Source: Octopus bimaculoides (taxonomy: Eukaryota). From it: DNA of 55,643 bases. The stretch lies in contig NC_068993.1 in the NCBI RefSeq assembly GCF_001194135.2, positions 18,016,737 through 18,072,379 on the forward strand, written 5' to 3'. Numbering within the stretch: the first letter of the stretch is position 1; every line of letters begins with the position of its first letter. Positions 12,791 through 24,595 of the stretch are shown here, in pieces. The notes under the pieces were generated by a model, which was not told the origin of the DNA, did no database searches, and worked only from the letters and a program-made list of their open reading frames with translations. Position numbers and translations under genes: made by a program.

Positions 12791-12971
12791 TTATTTACAT
12801 TTGACGGATATTTGTCCTCATCTTGTTTGTTGTTAACACAACATTTCGGCTGATATACCTTCCAGCCTTCATCAGCCAAAACGTTGTGTTAACAACAAAC
12901 AAGATGAGGGCAAATATCCGTCAAATGTAAATAATGTACATAATTCCTCATCTCTTAGATACAGAACTGTT
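12791..12971. mobile_element. Fold-back Penelope-type insertion with 11-bp target-site duplication
   Basis: Inverted arms 12789-12854 and 12871-12936 (3 mismatches); ATGAGAAGTCA at 12780-12790 and 12972-12982; same sequence as 14075-14160. Confidence 0.8.
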
Positions 12972-12993
12972 ATGAGAAGTCAGTTGAGTTTTG

Positions 12994-13025
<32 letters not shown>

Positions 13026-13029
13026 GGCA

Positions 13030-13230
13030 GCAAGCTAGCAGAATCACTAACATGTTGGCCGAAATGCTTAGTGAGATTTCTTCAGCTCTTTACATTCTGA
13101 GTTCAAATTCCACTGGAGTTGACTTTGCCTTTCATCCTTTTGGGGTCGATAAATTAAGTACCAGTGAAACACTGGGGTTAATGTAATCGACTAACTCTGT
13201 CCCCCAAAATGTCAGGCCTTGCTTTATTAT
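13030..13230 (+). mobile_element. tRNA-derived SINE family C (core TTTCATCCTTT.GGGGTCGATAAA.TAAGTACCAG, (TTA)n tail)
   Basis: B box GAGTTCAAATTC; copies about 10620-10810, 10830-11050, 20480-20590, 35720-35930, 39290-39870 (three), 41750-41880, 45360-45580, 50370-50530, 52890-53350 (two). Confidence 0.8.
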
Positions 13231-13339
13231 TATCATGATTATTATTATTATTATTATTATTATTCTTATTATTATTATTATTAGTAGTAGTAGCAGCAGC
13301 AGCAGCAACAGCCACAGTAGTATAGTAGCAGAAGTTTAC

Positions 13340-13415
13340 CTTTTGGTTTAGATTTCACTGGTCCGGAGCTGGGTCTTGGTGGTGGTTTGCCTGGTCTTTG
13401 TGGAGGAGCTCTTTT
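13340..13415 (-). CDS. SYNJ1: Synaptojanin exon, Pro-rich (KRAPPQRPGKPPPRPSSGPVKSKPK)
   Basis: Resembles SYNJ1 RPAPPQRPPPP; 76 nt, phase 0 to 1, donor G|GTAAAC. Confidence 0.85.
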
Positions 13416-14074
13416 CTGTTTAAAACACAAAACGCACCTTCATGAGTACATGTTTAGAACTGCCAAACACCTTTTCAGTTTATATATATATATATAGATA
13501 GATAGATAGATAGATAGACAGACAGACAAATATATATTGTCATCATTTAATGTCTGCTTTCTGACTCTTATTTCTAGCAATGCTGGTGCTGACTTGCACT
13601 CTTAATCACTTTAGTGACGATTGTACTTGTGTCTTTTGATTGTAAATTGCAAATAGCCACTTTAGTAATTTATGAGTAGCTGTGTGGTAAGAAGCTTGCT
13701 CTCCAATCACATGGTTCCAGCTTCAGTCCCACTGCATGGCACCTTGGGTAAGTGTCTTGTACTATGGCCTTGGGCCGACAAAAGCCTTGTGAGTGGATTT
13801 GGTAGATGGAAACTGAAAGAAGTCTGTCGTATATATATATATATATATATATATGTATTTGTGTGTCTGTGTTTGTCTCCCACCATCACTTGATAACAGA
13901 TGTTGGTGTGTTTATGTCCCTGTAAATTAGCAGTTCAGCAAAAGCGACTGATAGAATAGGTACTAGGCTTACAAAGAATAAGTCCTGGAGTCGATTTGTT
14001 CGATCGAAGGCATGGCTGCAGTCAAATGACTGAAACAAGTAAAAGAATAAAAGAAAAAAACAATATATATATAT

Positions 14075-14345
14075 ATTATTTACAATTGACGGATATTTGT
14101 CCTCATCTTGTTTGTTGTTAACACAACGTTTCAGCTGATATGCCCTCCAGCCTTCATCAGGTGTCTTGGGGAAATTTCGAACCTGGGTTCTCATTCCTAA
14201 GGTATTTTTTCGATGTTATTATTATTATTATTCAGGTCACTGCCTGGAATCGAACTCAGAATCTTGGGGTTAGTAGCCCGCGCTCTTAACCACTATACCA
14301 TATGCCCATGGGCAATTATAGAGAGAATTTTAGGGCTTATAAATC
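14075..14345 (-). mobile_element. tRNA-headed element carrying a hammerhead motif (SINE-like or Penelope pseudo-LTR-like)
   Basis: tRNA-like head at 14235-14307 (A box TGGTATAGTGG, B box GAGTTCGATTCC), (AAT)n linker, hammerhead at 14120-14165; the 3' end is shared with 12789-12936. Confidence 0.7.
14120..14165 (-). ncRNA. Minimal type I hammerhead motif with one extra A after the core
   Basis: Minus strand: GACAC-CTGATGA-A-GGCTG-gagggcatat-CAGCT-GAAA-CG-T-T-GTGTT: loopless palindromic stem III ACGU, GUU triplet. Confidence 0.72.
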
Positions 14346-14582
14346 TAATATTCTCCTATCCTTCCTTAATACTGGTTCCCATATGTTGTTCATATCTGCA
14401 TGCCCATCTAAAAGAACACCCTAGAATACCAATAAGAAACTTGATGGAAATGTTGACCGTCTGTGTGGAAACTACCTACTTCAGTATGGACACTGATATA
14501 TATCGACAAGAAGAGGGTTTAGCTATGGGTTCGCTATTATCACTGACAATAGCCAATATATACATGGAATACTTTGAGAATG
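14345..14582 (+). mobile_element. Penelope-like reverse transcriptase fragment
   Basis: LMEMLTVCVETTYFS...IYRQEEGLAMGSLLSLTIANIYMEYFE matches the PLE RT motif Y.Q..G.AMGSPLSP..ANIYME.FE. Confidence 0.85.
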
Positions 14583-14601
14583 TTAAAATGTATATATATT
14601 T

Positions 14602-14642
<41 letters not shown>

Positions 14643-15963
14643 TGTGAAAATAATAAGTGTAGAAAATTTAGAAAAATTTTCATACCAGTGGCTAGCATGT
14701 ATAATAAAGTCAATAGACAACATATTTTCATACATAATAGTGTATAAACAATTTAAGTATTTATACACGAAGGAGGTGACCTTTGACAGGATTCACTCAG
14801 CTGGCAAAAATGAGTAGTACCTGTAATTCAAAGGGCCTATCTTGTCACACTGTATTAGGCCAAATCTCCCTGAGAATTATGTTAAGGGTACATGTGTCTA
14901 TGGAGTGCTCAGTAACTTGCATGTTAATTTCTGTTATTGGACCAACTGGAACCCTCATTGTCATAAGCAATGGAGTACCAGTTTATATAAGAACAGCAAA
15001 CACAAAATCTGGTGGCATGTTCAGCAGATGGAAGAGGGGAAACAATTTCTTCCAAGACTTTTCTATGGTGGTGGTGGTGGTGGTGGTAGTGGGTCTTTCC
15101 ATATTTGCATGTGTACAAGCATGTTAAATATACCACTGTACATCAATTATTTAAGATGTTGGTCAAGTGATCACATCTTGGCTCCCTCATTACACTGAGG
15201 TCAAAACACTGATGTTACTACTATTACTGTTTAACCCCAGGTTGTAGATCAAGCAGACATGTGATCAAAAGCATTCTAGCTATGAAGATCCTTGTCTTTT
15301 TTGTTTATCTTTTCGCTACACTCTTTTATATCATTTCATTTTTTAAGTGTGTTTTGAGAGAGATTTGATTTGACTGCTGTTAATAGCAAATCAAGTGACC
15401 ATACATAGGCTCTCTCTATATATATATGACAGGCTTCTTTCAGTTTACGTTTATCATATTACATCATATCCACTCACAAGACTTTGGTTGGCCAGAGGCT
15501 TATAGTAGAAAACACTTGTCAAAGGTGCTATGCAATAAGACTGAACTCAGGACCATGTGGTTGGAAAATAACCTTCTTACCACACAGCCATGCCTGCACC
15601 TATACTTAGGAAATGTTTCCCTGCTGTTTTTTTTTGTTAGCTTTTATCTTGCTTTATTTATTGTACAGCTTTGTGCGACTATAGAAAAAAAAGAAAAAAA
15701 ACCCAGTCAAATTAGTATTGAAGAGTTTCACTTTTTAGCATTTAAACTGGCCATATCTGGCCAAAATGTCCTACCTGTTTTATGTTCAACCCAGCCTCTT
15801 ATGCTTACCTTACAATGTCATTATAAAACTAAACAATCATATCATCAAAGTCTCAAAGTTACAAGATAATACATGACTGATTTTTTAAAATGTGAATAGA
15901 TAAGCATCTCACTTGACAGAGTAATGTGAATGCTAAAAAGTTAATAATCAAAGCTGTAATTAC

Positions 15964-16115
15964 CTGTGAAACACCATCTGTGGTGCTGCCACCTGAATAT
16001 TGGCTGATATTAGATTTATTTATTGCAATAGGAAGAGGAGGACGAGCAGGTGGATGATCAGGCCGGGCAGGTTTATCAGAAAAACTGTCATCAGATGCTA
16101 CAGGGCTGACACGAT
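15964..16115 (-). CDS. SYNJ1: Synaptojanin exon, Pro-rich (RVSPVASDD...KPARPDHPPARPPLP...GVSQ)
   Basis: PARP repeats typical of the synaptojanin PRD; 152 nt, phase 1 to 0. Confidence 0.85.
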
Positions 16116-16900
16116 CTAAAATAGAAATGAATTTTAGTATAAATTAAGCAGAGACAACAACAAGAAAAAAAGAAACCTGCTAGAAATAGCAGCCAAATCT
16201 CTCCCAGATTACTCCATACACCTCATCTTCAAAGAAAGAAGGACACAGTGGATTATGCAACCCTAGATACATCTTTTAACTTTTATCTTTTACTTGTTTC
16301 AGTTATAAGGCAGAAACACTGTCTTAAAGAACTTTTTAGCCAAATGAATTGACACTAGTATCTTGTTTTTTTTCCCCAAGCCTGGTCTGGTATTTATTTT
16401 ATTGGTATCTTTTGCCCAAACTGCTAAGTTACAGGAACATAAACACACTAACATCAGATATCAATCAGTGGTGGGAGGCACACACACACACACACACACA
16501 TATGATAGGCTTCTTTCAGTTTCCTACCAAATTCACTCACAGGGTTCTGGTTGGCTTGAGGTTGTAGTAGAAGACACTTGCCCAAGGTGCCATGCAGTGG
16601 GTCTGAACCATGTGGTTGGGAAGCAAATTTCTTACCACACAGCCATGCTTCTAGAAAATCCCAAAATAAAAAGATGAGATGATCAAGGCTGGAACCCTTT
16701 TGATCAGAGGTGGCTTGAATTTACCCACCCTACCTACCATCAAAAAAGGAAGGACACATTGGAACATATAGTCCTAGACACATCATGCCTGGAAAGCAAG
16801 ATAGAATGGTGAGTCAAGGCTGAAACCTTTTAGATCCAAGCTAATGGAATGGAATTGGCAGATGGACAATTGATGCAAGAAAGGAAGAATGTCTTCTTAC

Positions 16901-16993
16901 CAGAAGATGGTGTGCTTGACCGGGACCATGTAGGTAGGGGTGGAACGGATAATATTAAGTCTTGTGGTTCTACAACATCAAAATCAACATTTC
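16901..16993 (-). CDS. SYNJ1: Synaptojanin exon, linker (NVDFDVVEPQDLILSVPPLPTWSRSSTPSS)
   Basis: Strong polypyrimidine tract plus cag, G|GTAAG donor; 93 nt, phase 1-1, open in the expected frame. Confidence 0.82.
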
Positions 16994-17984
16994 CTGGAAA
17001 AAAAAAAGGGAAATGAAAGAAAACAGATTATTGACACTAAAATATTTTAAAAACTATATACAGGCGCAGTCGTAGCTGTGTGGTAAGAAGCCTGCTTCCC
17101 AACCACATAGTACTTACTGGGTTCAGATCCACTGTCTGATACCTTAGGCAAGTGTCTTCCACTATAGCCTCAAACCAACCAAAGTCGTGTGTGGGGAATT
17201 TGGTAGACGGAAACTGAAAGAAGTCCATCATGTATGTGTGTGTGTGTGTGTGTTTTGTTTGTTTCTAGGTAGACGTTTTGGGCACTATGCAAACCTATTT
17301 TTACCTCAGGAAAGAGGTGGTCCATATTAATCTGGCCTTTATCCTTTGCCTTGTCCAGCATAAGAGGCTCTACCAGAAACTTGTGCCCCACTGGCATAGC
17401 TCTGAGGGTCATTTAAGCATGCAAGCCACCATATCACAACAAAGACTGGATCTTGTGGTGGTTGTACGTTAAAGGCAAAGTTCCGGTTGGTTAGCTTCTC
17501 TGGTTGTGTATAGACAATAGAAAGATACAGAGATGAAGTGAGGGAGGGTGAGTGAATAAATACAGAGTTTTTTTGTTTTTCTTTTTATCATGGCTTGTGA
17601 ATGTTAACCCTTTGGCATTTCAACAACTGGCCATATCCAGCCAAAATATTCTACCAGCTTTATGCTCAAACTGGCTAAATCTGGCCCCTCACACCTACCC
17701 TACAATGACATTCTCAAGATAAACAATTACATCTTCAAAATCTTGAAGCTTCAAGATAATTCATGATTTATTCAAAACAAGGTGGACAAATAAGCATGAC
17801 CTTTGACAAAGTAATCTGAATGCTGAAGGGTTAAAATGATGATGGTAAAGGCTATGTGATATTAGGGGTCACAGTCATGGTGGTGACCATGACACTGTTA
17901 CTAATGGTAACATTGACAGAAGTGATGATGATGATGATGATAATGATAAAGAGGGGATGATGATATCTACAGTAAACTAATTAC

Positions 17985-18144
17985 CTTCTAACAAAAATTC
18001 AGTGTGGAAATCATCGCCCAGCAGGTTACTAATAACTGGCTTGTATAATGCTTCAGCATTGGCATAGCACATTTCTATTTCTCTCCACAGAGTCATGTTC
18101 CAATTGGGATTCTTCAGTTTGACTTTTAAAATATGACCTTCCAT
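17985..18144 (-). CDS. SYNJ1: Synaptojanin exon (MEGHILKVKLKNPNW...SNLLGDDFHTEFLLE)
   Basis: Aligns to ITIALKSPDW...STLLGED; 160 nt, phase 0 to 1. Confidence 0.9.
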
Positions 18145-18345
18145 CTAAAAATGACAGAACACAATATTACTATTACACACACACAGATACATACATTTGA
18201 GGTCACTACTTCTGCAAATATGCCTAGACAGAAGTTACATAATTTATGATAATTAAATTTTTTTAATCATAATTCCTCATAATTAACTACTGTTATGCGA
18301 TGCCAAATAATCTACTAGTCAACAACATAATGCAGATATACATAC

Positions 18346-18424
18346 CATTTTACGATCATAATCGAGGGCCTTCAAACAGCTTTTCCCATCTTTATAAACC
18401 AACCATAAAGTGTTCTTCACAAAT
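18346..18424 (-). CDS. SYNJ1: Synaptojanin exon, RRM-like (FVKNTLWLVYKDGKSCLKALDYDRKM)
   Basis: Aligns to [21 protein letters not shown]; 79 nt, phase 2 to 0, donor GTATGT. Confidence 0.92.
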
Positions 18425-18889
18425 CTATGAATAAATTAAGCAAAAACATATTTAAAGCAAGAATCTTTTGTCTTTGACCTGTACTTTTTTTGTTCAATTT
18501 ATTCTTAGTTTTCTTTTTAACTACCTTCAGATATTAGTACAACATTTATATATATATATTCAAGAAAAGCATAACTAAATATATATTGGTGTTATATATA
18601 TATATATATATATATATATATCNNNNNNNNNNNNNNNNNNNNNNNNNNNNNNNNNNNNNNNNNNNNNNNNNNNNNNNNNNNNNNNNNNNNNNNNNNNNNN
18701 NNNNNNNNNNNNNNNNNNNNNNNNNNNNNNNNNNNNNNNNNNNNNNNNNNNNNNNNNNNNNNNNNNNNCTGGTGTAGCCAATTGGTTTCACCAGTCCTCA
18801 GTCAAATCGTCCGACCCATGCTAGCATGGAAAGCGGACGTTAAACGACAAACAATATATATGTAGTGAAAGAGTTTGCACGGTCGTTCT

Positions 18890-18924
<35 letters not shown>

Positions 18925-20683
18925 CTTTTATATGTTTCAGTCATTTCACTGTGGCCATGCTGGAGCACTGCCTTTAGTTGAACAAATCAACCCCAGGACT
19001 TATTCTTTGTAAGCCTAGTACTTATTCTATTGGTCTTTTTGGCCGAACTGCTAAGTTACAGGCACGTAAACACACCAGCATCGGTTGTCAAGTGATGGTG
19101 GAGGGACAAACACAGACACACACATGCATACATATAATCATATATGTATATATAAATATATATATATGTTGGTAAGTAAGCTACTTACCACACAGCCACT
19201 CATATATATATAAAATATGTGTGTGTATGTGCATTGATTAACTTTTACAAAGAAAACATTGACAGTGATGATGTAGTCTTGTCTTCCTCACCTTCATCAG
19301 ACTGTGCTTTGCTTGGGTTGTTTTTGGCTTTATATAATCTTCATTAAGTGTATTTTTGTGGAGGTAGACATAGCTATATGAATGATAATTAGGTGTGGTG
19401 TAAGCAGACCAAGAAAGTAGTTGTGTAGGAAGTGGAGAAAGAAGAAGATAGGGGGAAGTATGTGTTTGTCATATGAGTGGATAGAAAGTTGTGGTGTAGA
19501 GATTTATTTTGGTTTGATGTGGGAATTTTGTTATTCAGTAGGGTTTAGTTAGGCATGAATGTAAAGATTTAAACAGATGTGTCAAATTCAAGTCATGACA
19601 AGTTGGATTTTTGTTTCATTTTAGGGTTGTGGGGTTAAGAAGCTTGCTTTGCAGCTACTTGCTTTTGGTTTTAGTCCCACCATGTAGCACTTTGGGCAAG
19701 TGTCTTCTACTATAGACCTGGGGTGACCAGTACCTTGTGAGTGGATTTGGCACATAAAAACTGTTGTGTGTGTGTGTGTGTGTGTGTGTAGTGAAGGTAT
19801 GTGGCTTAGTGGTTAGGAATATTCAGCTCATGAGTTCAATTCCCAGTGGCACATTGTGTTCTTGAGCAAGACACTTTATTTCATGTTGCTCCAGTCCACT
19901 CAGCTGGCAGAAATGAATTGTACCTGCGATTCAAAGGGCCAACCATGTCACATTCTGTCTCATGCTGAATCTCCCTGAGAAGTAAATTAAGGGTACATGT
20001 ATCAGTGGAGTACTCAACCACTTGCCAATTAATTTCAAAGAGCAGGCTCTTCCATGGATTGGATTAACTGGAACCTTTGTTGTTACAACTGATGAAATGA
20101 TAGTTGTATATGTATGTATTCATCTATGTGTGTGTGTGTGTGTGTCTGTCTACATCACTGCAGCTTAGCAGTTTGGCAAAAAGAGACAGATGGAACAAGT
20201 ACCATACTTTAAAAGAAATAAGTACTGGAACTCAATTTGTTTAACTAAACTCTTCAAGGCAGTGCCCCAGAATGGCACCAGTCTCATGACAGAAACAAGT
20301 AAAAGATAAAAGATGGAAGATTCCTTCAATCTTCACCCTTATCTTTATCATTGTCTGTTGACCTCCAAAATGAGGAAAGCCAAAACTGACATTAGCAGGA
20401 TTAGAACTCACAGTGCTGACCCTTTCGATCAGAAATGATAACGACACAGTTTACTGCCATTATAATTCAACACAAAAAGTTGGCAAGCTGGCCGAATCAT
20501 TTGCATGCTGGACAAAGTGCTTAGTTGAATTTCTTCTAGTTTTGCACTCTGAGTTCCGTCTGCCAAGGTCGACTTTGCCTTTCATCTACTGACTGAAACA
20601 GGTAAAGAAGAAAGAGAAAGGAAGGAAAATGCTATAATGAACGGTAAAACAATTTTGCTGTAATGTTGTGTAATGATAATTAC

Positions 20684-20887
20684 CTGACCAGTAGGATTTC
20701 TCCACATTCAGAAAACAGTGATATAATCTGGTCAACTAACGTCTCTGCAAACATGTCAATGGTTTCTGATGATATAATAATAGTGCCATCAGGTGGGCCA
20801 TGTGTAGCTATCACATCTTTTATAACTGTGTTCCTTTTTTCTTCATCTACTTTCTGATAATCAATGTCAAATAAGGCAATAACGGGT
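20684..20887 (-). CDS. SYNJ1: Synaptojanin exon, end of 5-phosphatase and start of RRM-like domain (PVIALFDID...THGPPDGTII...GEILLV)
   Basis: GPPDGT and GE..L.R motifs; 204 nt, phase 2-2. Confidence 0.95.
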
Positions 20888-21013
20888 CTGTAAAGTTGAA
20901 AATTAAAAAGAGTAGTATAGTTTGCAGGAAGCATTGTCAGATACATATATATATATCCCTAATATTATTATCATTATTATTATATATACATATATATATT
21001 TATATATATATAT

Positions 21014-23463
21014 TAGGGTTATGACTTTTTCAGAACCTAATAAATCTATAATGTAATTCAATGAATAATTTCATAAAAGTCAGGAAACTAACGTTTATTT
21101 TACTTTATTTGAAAAAAAAGTCACTTATGAAATCGATCACCACTTTTGATCCAAATCATACAAAATTCTAGGTGGTTCCATAACGCCAGCTCAAGTTTTT
21201 ACCAAACTTGGTGTGCTGACTCAATGCAATGCAGAAATAGTAGATCTGAAATTTCAGCTTTCTAGTTGAAGTAGTTTTGGAGTTATGGTCTTTTTAAACT
21301 ATAATCACAAGTCAGTACTAGATTCACACTTCAGTATTTCAGCTGCCTAAATCCTTGTAAACACAAGAGAGATGTGGAATGAAAGTGTATTTACACATAT
21401 TTAAGATTATTGAATTGAAATTGCTCTATTCAAAGGTTCAAAACTAGGCTATTTTAAGACAGAAGCCACGACAAGCATTTGACAACATATAAAATTAGAA
21501 ACAATACATATTTTTAACTTTCTGGGCTTAATTCCAATTTTAAATAACTGTATAAGAAAAAGGGTGCTGAATATTAGCAAATTTTTAAACATAACAAAGA
21601 ATTAATGTTTTGTTAGATGAAATAAATCGAAGCTGGAGTTTCTCATTCTTTTTACAAACATCATAAAGATCTTGAAGACATTTGATTGCCCATTCTGCAC
21701 TCTTTGTTCTGGGAATTTCCAGTGTTGATGGTTCTCGACACCAAAAGTTTTTTACAGAGTTCCATACTTTTTTATGAACTTGCAAGCTACCACATAACTT
21801 CAGATAATCATGTGCATTGAACGTTTGGTCAGTAAACCAAAAATCTGCCCAGCTGTAAGAGATGAATCAACAAACCTTGAGAAGCAAAACTCTTTTCTCT
21901 GGTAGAAGAATAAATGCCAAAAGACCTAGTATTGCTCAAGAATTCCATCTTGTATTACTTAAGTTGGGTATTTTTTGAAACTTTACAGAAGGAAATTTTC
22001 TGGTTTCTTCAAAGAAACGAAAAACTCTGGTCAAATGAAATAGAAATTTCATGTCATCTCGCCATCCTGCTGATTCAGTAATCTTTTCTGCACCATGGTT
22101 AAATTAACCTGGAGTTTCTTGTAATTACTTAGAAACTCTGGGATGAATGTATATTCAATATTGGGAGATGACTTTTTTCTCCAAGTTCGTTATCCATTAC
22201 AACACGAAGAACTCTATCAAGGATATGATGCTGACAACCAATAAATTGTGGTTCTTTCAAATCCTTTTGAACAAAGTCTTTGCAACTGAATGACAATGCC
22301 ATTTCTTTTCCCAGTGGTCACACACATTGTATCAGTGACAATCATCTTTGCACAGTTCCATAAATTGTATTCATCTAAAACAGCTGTTATTCCTTTCACA
22401 ACAGTATTGGCTTTTCCGTTTGGTAATTGGAGTGCTTCTAACTTAACTTCTCTCTGTTGATTCTTTAAAACTAGCACTTGGTATTCTTGGTCATCAATAC
22501 GTTTACCATCAAAATGCAATGACCAATTTTCTAAATGTTGTGTTTTCTTCATTTTCCTTTTTTAGTTTAACAGCTTTTTTGATAGTCGATCTGTAAATAC
22601 CAGATTGGGAAGGAGTCTCGACGTTGAGTCTATCTTGAGATAATTGTCGACAAACTGTTGCTGTCTTTTGGGTTGATAGCTTGGAAGATCGAGAGTGTGT
22701 CCGTGTGTTACATACGCAGCTGAGGTGGCAGTCGACAGCTAATAAGTTCGTCACCAGTGGTATCAAGCACAAGTGTGTGTGCCAGTCGGTGCACGAACGC
22801 GATGCGGTGGTCGTTACCACCAGTCGGCCCAGTTCCAGTTTTGCTATACTTCCTCCTTCTTTGTGTGGATTCTTCATTTGATTGTTTGGATTCTTGATAT
22901 TCACTTTCAGTCTCTGCTTCAGATGTTGACGATGACACTGGAGTTGCTCTGGTTGAAATTGGCATTAAGGACGCGTTTCTTCTTTTGGATGGATGGATAG
23001 TTTTGGAATTGGTTACCTTTCCAGTTGCATAACCAGCCTGTCCCATGCTTTCAATTTGAAGACAATATAACCTTCTATCCTCACTGCACAGCCATTCACC
23101 GTTTCCTTTGTGATGTCAAAAATTCCTTTCAATGGACTGTATTTATTGTAGGTGTTCAGCACTTTTTCTACTTTTGCTTGTACATTTTGAATTGATAAAT
23201 ATGGGAAATTTAATTTCTTTTGCCATAAAAAAGTTGTTTTTCAAAATTTCCTCTGTTCTTTCTTTCCTTCCTTTGATGGTACCTCCAAGGAACAGGTAGC
23301 AACTGACAATGTGAAATTTCATTGGTATCCTGCAGTTGTTTTCCAAAGAATGCTCTTCTTTTCCTATGTGAGTCTTGAAATTGTATGAGATTTCTTGTCC
23401 AGATTTTTTTGTTTCTTTGAGTGACACAAGCACTTCTCTTATGAGACATTATTTTAGATACTC
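21014..23463 (-). mobile_element. Decayed hAT-superfamily DNA transposon (transposase pseudogene, hATm-like from recall)
   Basis: Frameshifted pieces give LHFDGK (D1), MIVTDT..TTGKRNG (D2), FIGCQHHILD (CxxH), NTRWNS (RW) and KSAEWAIK (E); TAGGG terminus at 21014; other end runs into the gap. Confidence 0.8.
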
Positions 23464-24181
23464 NNNNNNNNNNNNNNNNNNNNNNNNNNNNNNNNNNNNN
23501 NNNNNNNNNNNNNNNNNNNNNNNNNNNNNNNNNNNNNNNNNNNNNNNNNNNNNNNNNNNNNNNNNNNNNNNNNNNNNNNNNNNNNNNNNNNNNNNNNNNN
23601 NNNNNNNNNNNNNNNNNNNNNNNNNNNNNNNNNNNNNNNNNNNNNNNNNNNNNNNNNNNNNNNNNNNNNNNNNNNNNNNNNNNNNNNNNNNNNNNNNNNN
23701 NNNNNNNNNNNNNNNNNNNNNNNNNNNNNNNNNNNNNNNNNNNNNNNNNNNNNNNNNNNNNNNNNNNNNNNNNNNNNNNNNNNNNNNNNNNNNNNNNNNN
23801 NNNNNNNNNNNNNNNNNNNNNNNNNNNNNNNNNNNNNNNNNNNNNNNNNNNNNNNNNNNNNNNNNNNNNNNNNNNNNNNNNNNNNNNNNNNNNNNNNNNN
23901 NNNNNNNNNNNNNNNNNNNNNNNNNNNNNNNNNNNNNNNNNNNNNNNNNNNNNNNNNNNNNNNNNNNNNNNNNNNNNNNNNNNNNNNNNNNNNNNNNNNN
24001 NNNNNNNNNNNNNNNNNNNNNNNNNNNNNNNNNNNNNNNNNNNNNNNNNNAAAAAGGAAGAAAAGAAAAAGAAAGAAAGAACCAAAGCACAGGTGTCCAT
24101 GGCAGACTATGTTATTTTGCCAACATGGTTTACGTATAGAAGTACAAAGTACATAAGGAATTAGAGGATGAACAGAAGTTT

Positions 24182-24310
24182 AATCTTACAGCTGTTTCGG
24201 CCTAGTTTTAGCAAGCCCCATTCTATCCGAATATTCCTTTCCGGAGTGATTATCGGATGACATTTTGAAATGGTGTTACATGCCCGAACCTCTAGGCCTC
24301 TTCAGAGATT
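24182..24310 (-). ncRNA. Type I hammerhead ribozyme motif with 86-nt stem II insert
   Basis: Minus strand: AATCT-CTGAAGA-GGCCTAG...CTAGGCC-GAAA-CAGCTG-T-A-AGATT: 5-bp stem I, 7-bp stem II, palindromic stem III ACAGCUGU, GUA triplet. Confidence 0.82.
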
Positions 24311-24370
24311 CACAAAGGGTTACATACAAATGTAGAGCAAGAGGTAAAAACAGAGGTAAAGGAAAAAAAT

Positions 24371-24595
24371 GATGATGTTACAAAGAAACCGGATATTACC
24401 ATATGGTGTGAAAGAAAGAAAGTAGTAAACCTAGTCAAGTTAATGGTTCCTCATGAAGATAACATGGATGCTGCTTGAGGTCAAAAGATCAACCGTTATA
24501 AAAACCTCCTCAAGGAATGTGAAGACACAGGCTGGAAAGCAGAGTATTTTCTAATTGAAGTTGGATGTAGAGGATTCATTGGACACAGTGTATCA
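24371..24595 (+). mobile_element. Restriction-like endonuclease fragment of a non-LTR retrotransposon (HERO-like)
   Basis: KKPDITIWCERKKVVNLVKLMVPHEDNMDAA*GQKINRYKNLLKECEDTGWKAEYFLIEVGCRGF: PD..(E)..VP.E...KY..L...GW...EVGCRGF pattern; one internal stop. Confidence 0.8.

Noticed and set aside
14235-14307. Functional tRNA gene (and the other tRNA-like heads)
   Set aside because: Broken acceptor and T stems, anticodon ACT, and direct fusion to repeat bodies indicate SINE heads.
19285-19305. Isolated CTGATGAAGG on the minus strand (also CTGATGA near 24694, 26410, 32636)
   Set aside because: No stem II/GAAA/NUH partner nearby.
23210-24139. Long ORFs containing X runs (also near 18550, 40000, 47150, 49200)
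   Set aside because: Open only because they cross N gaps.
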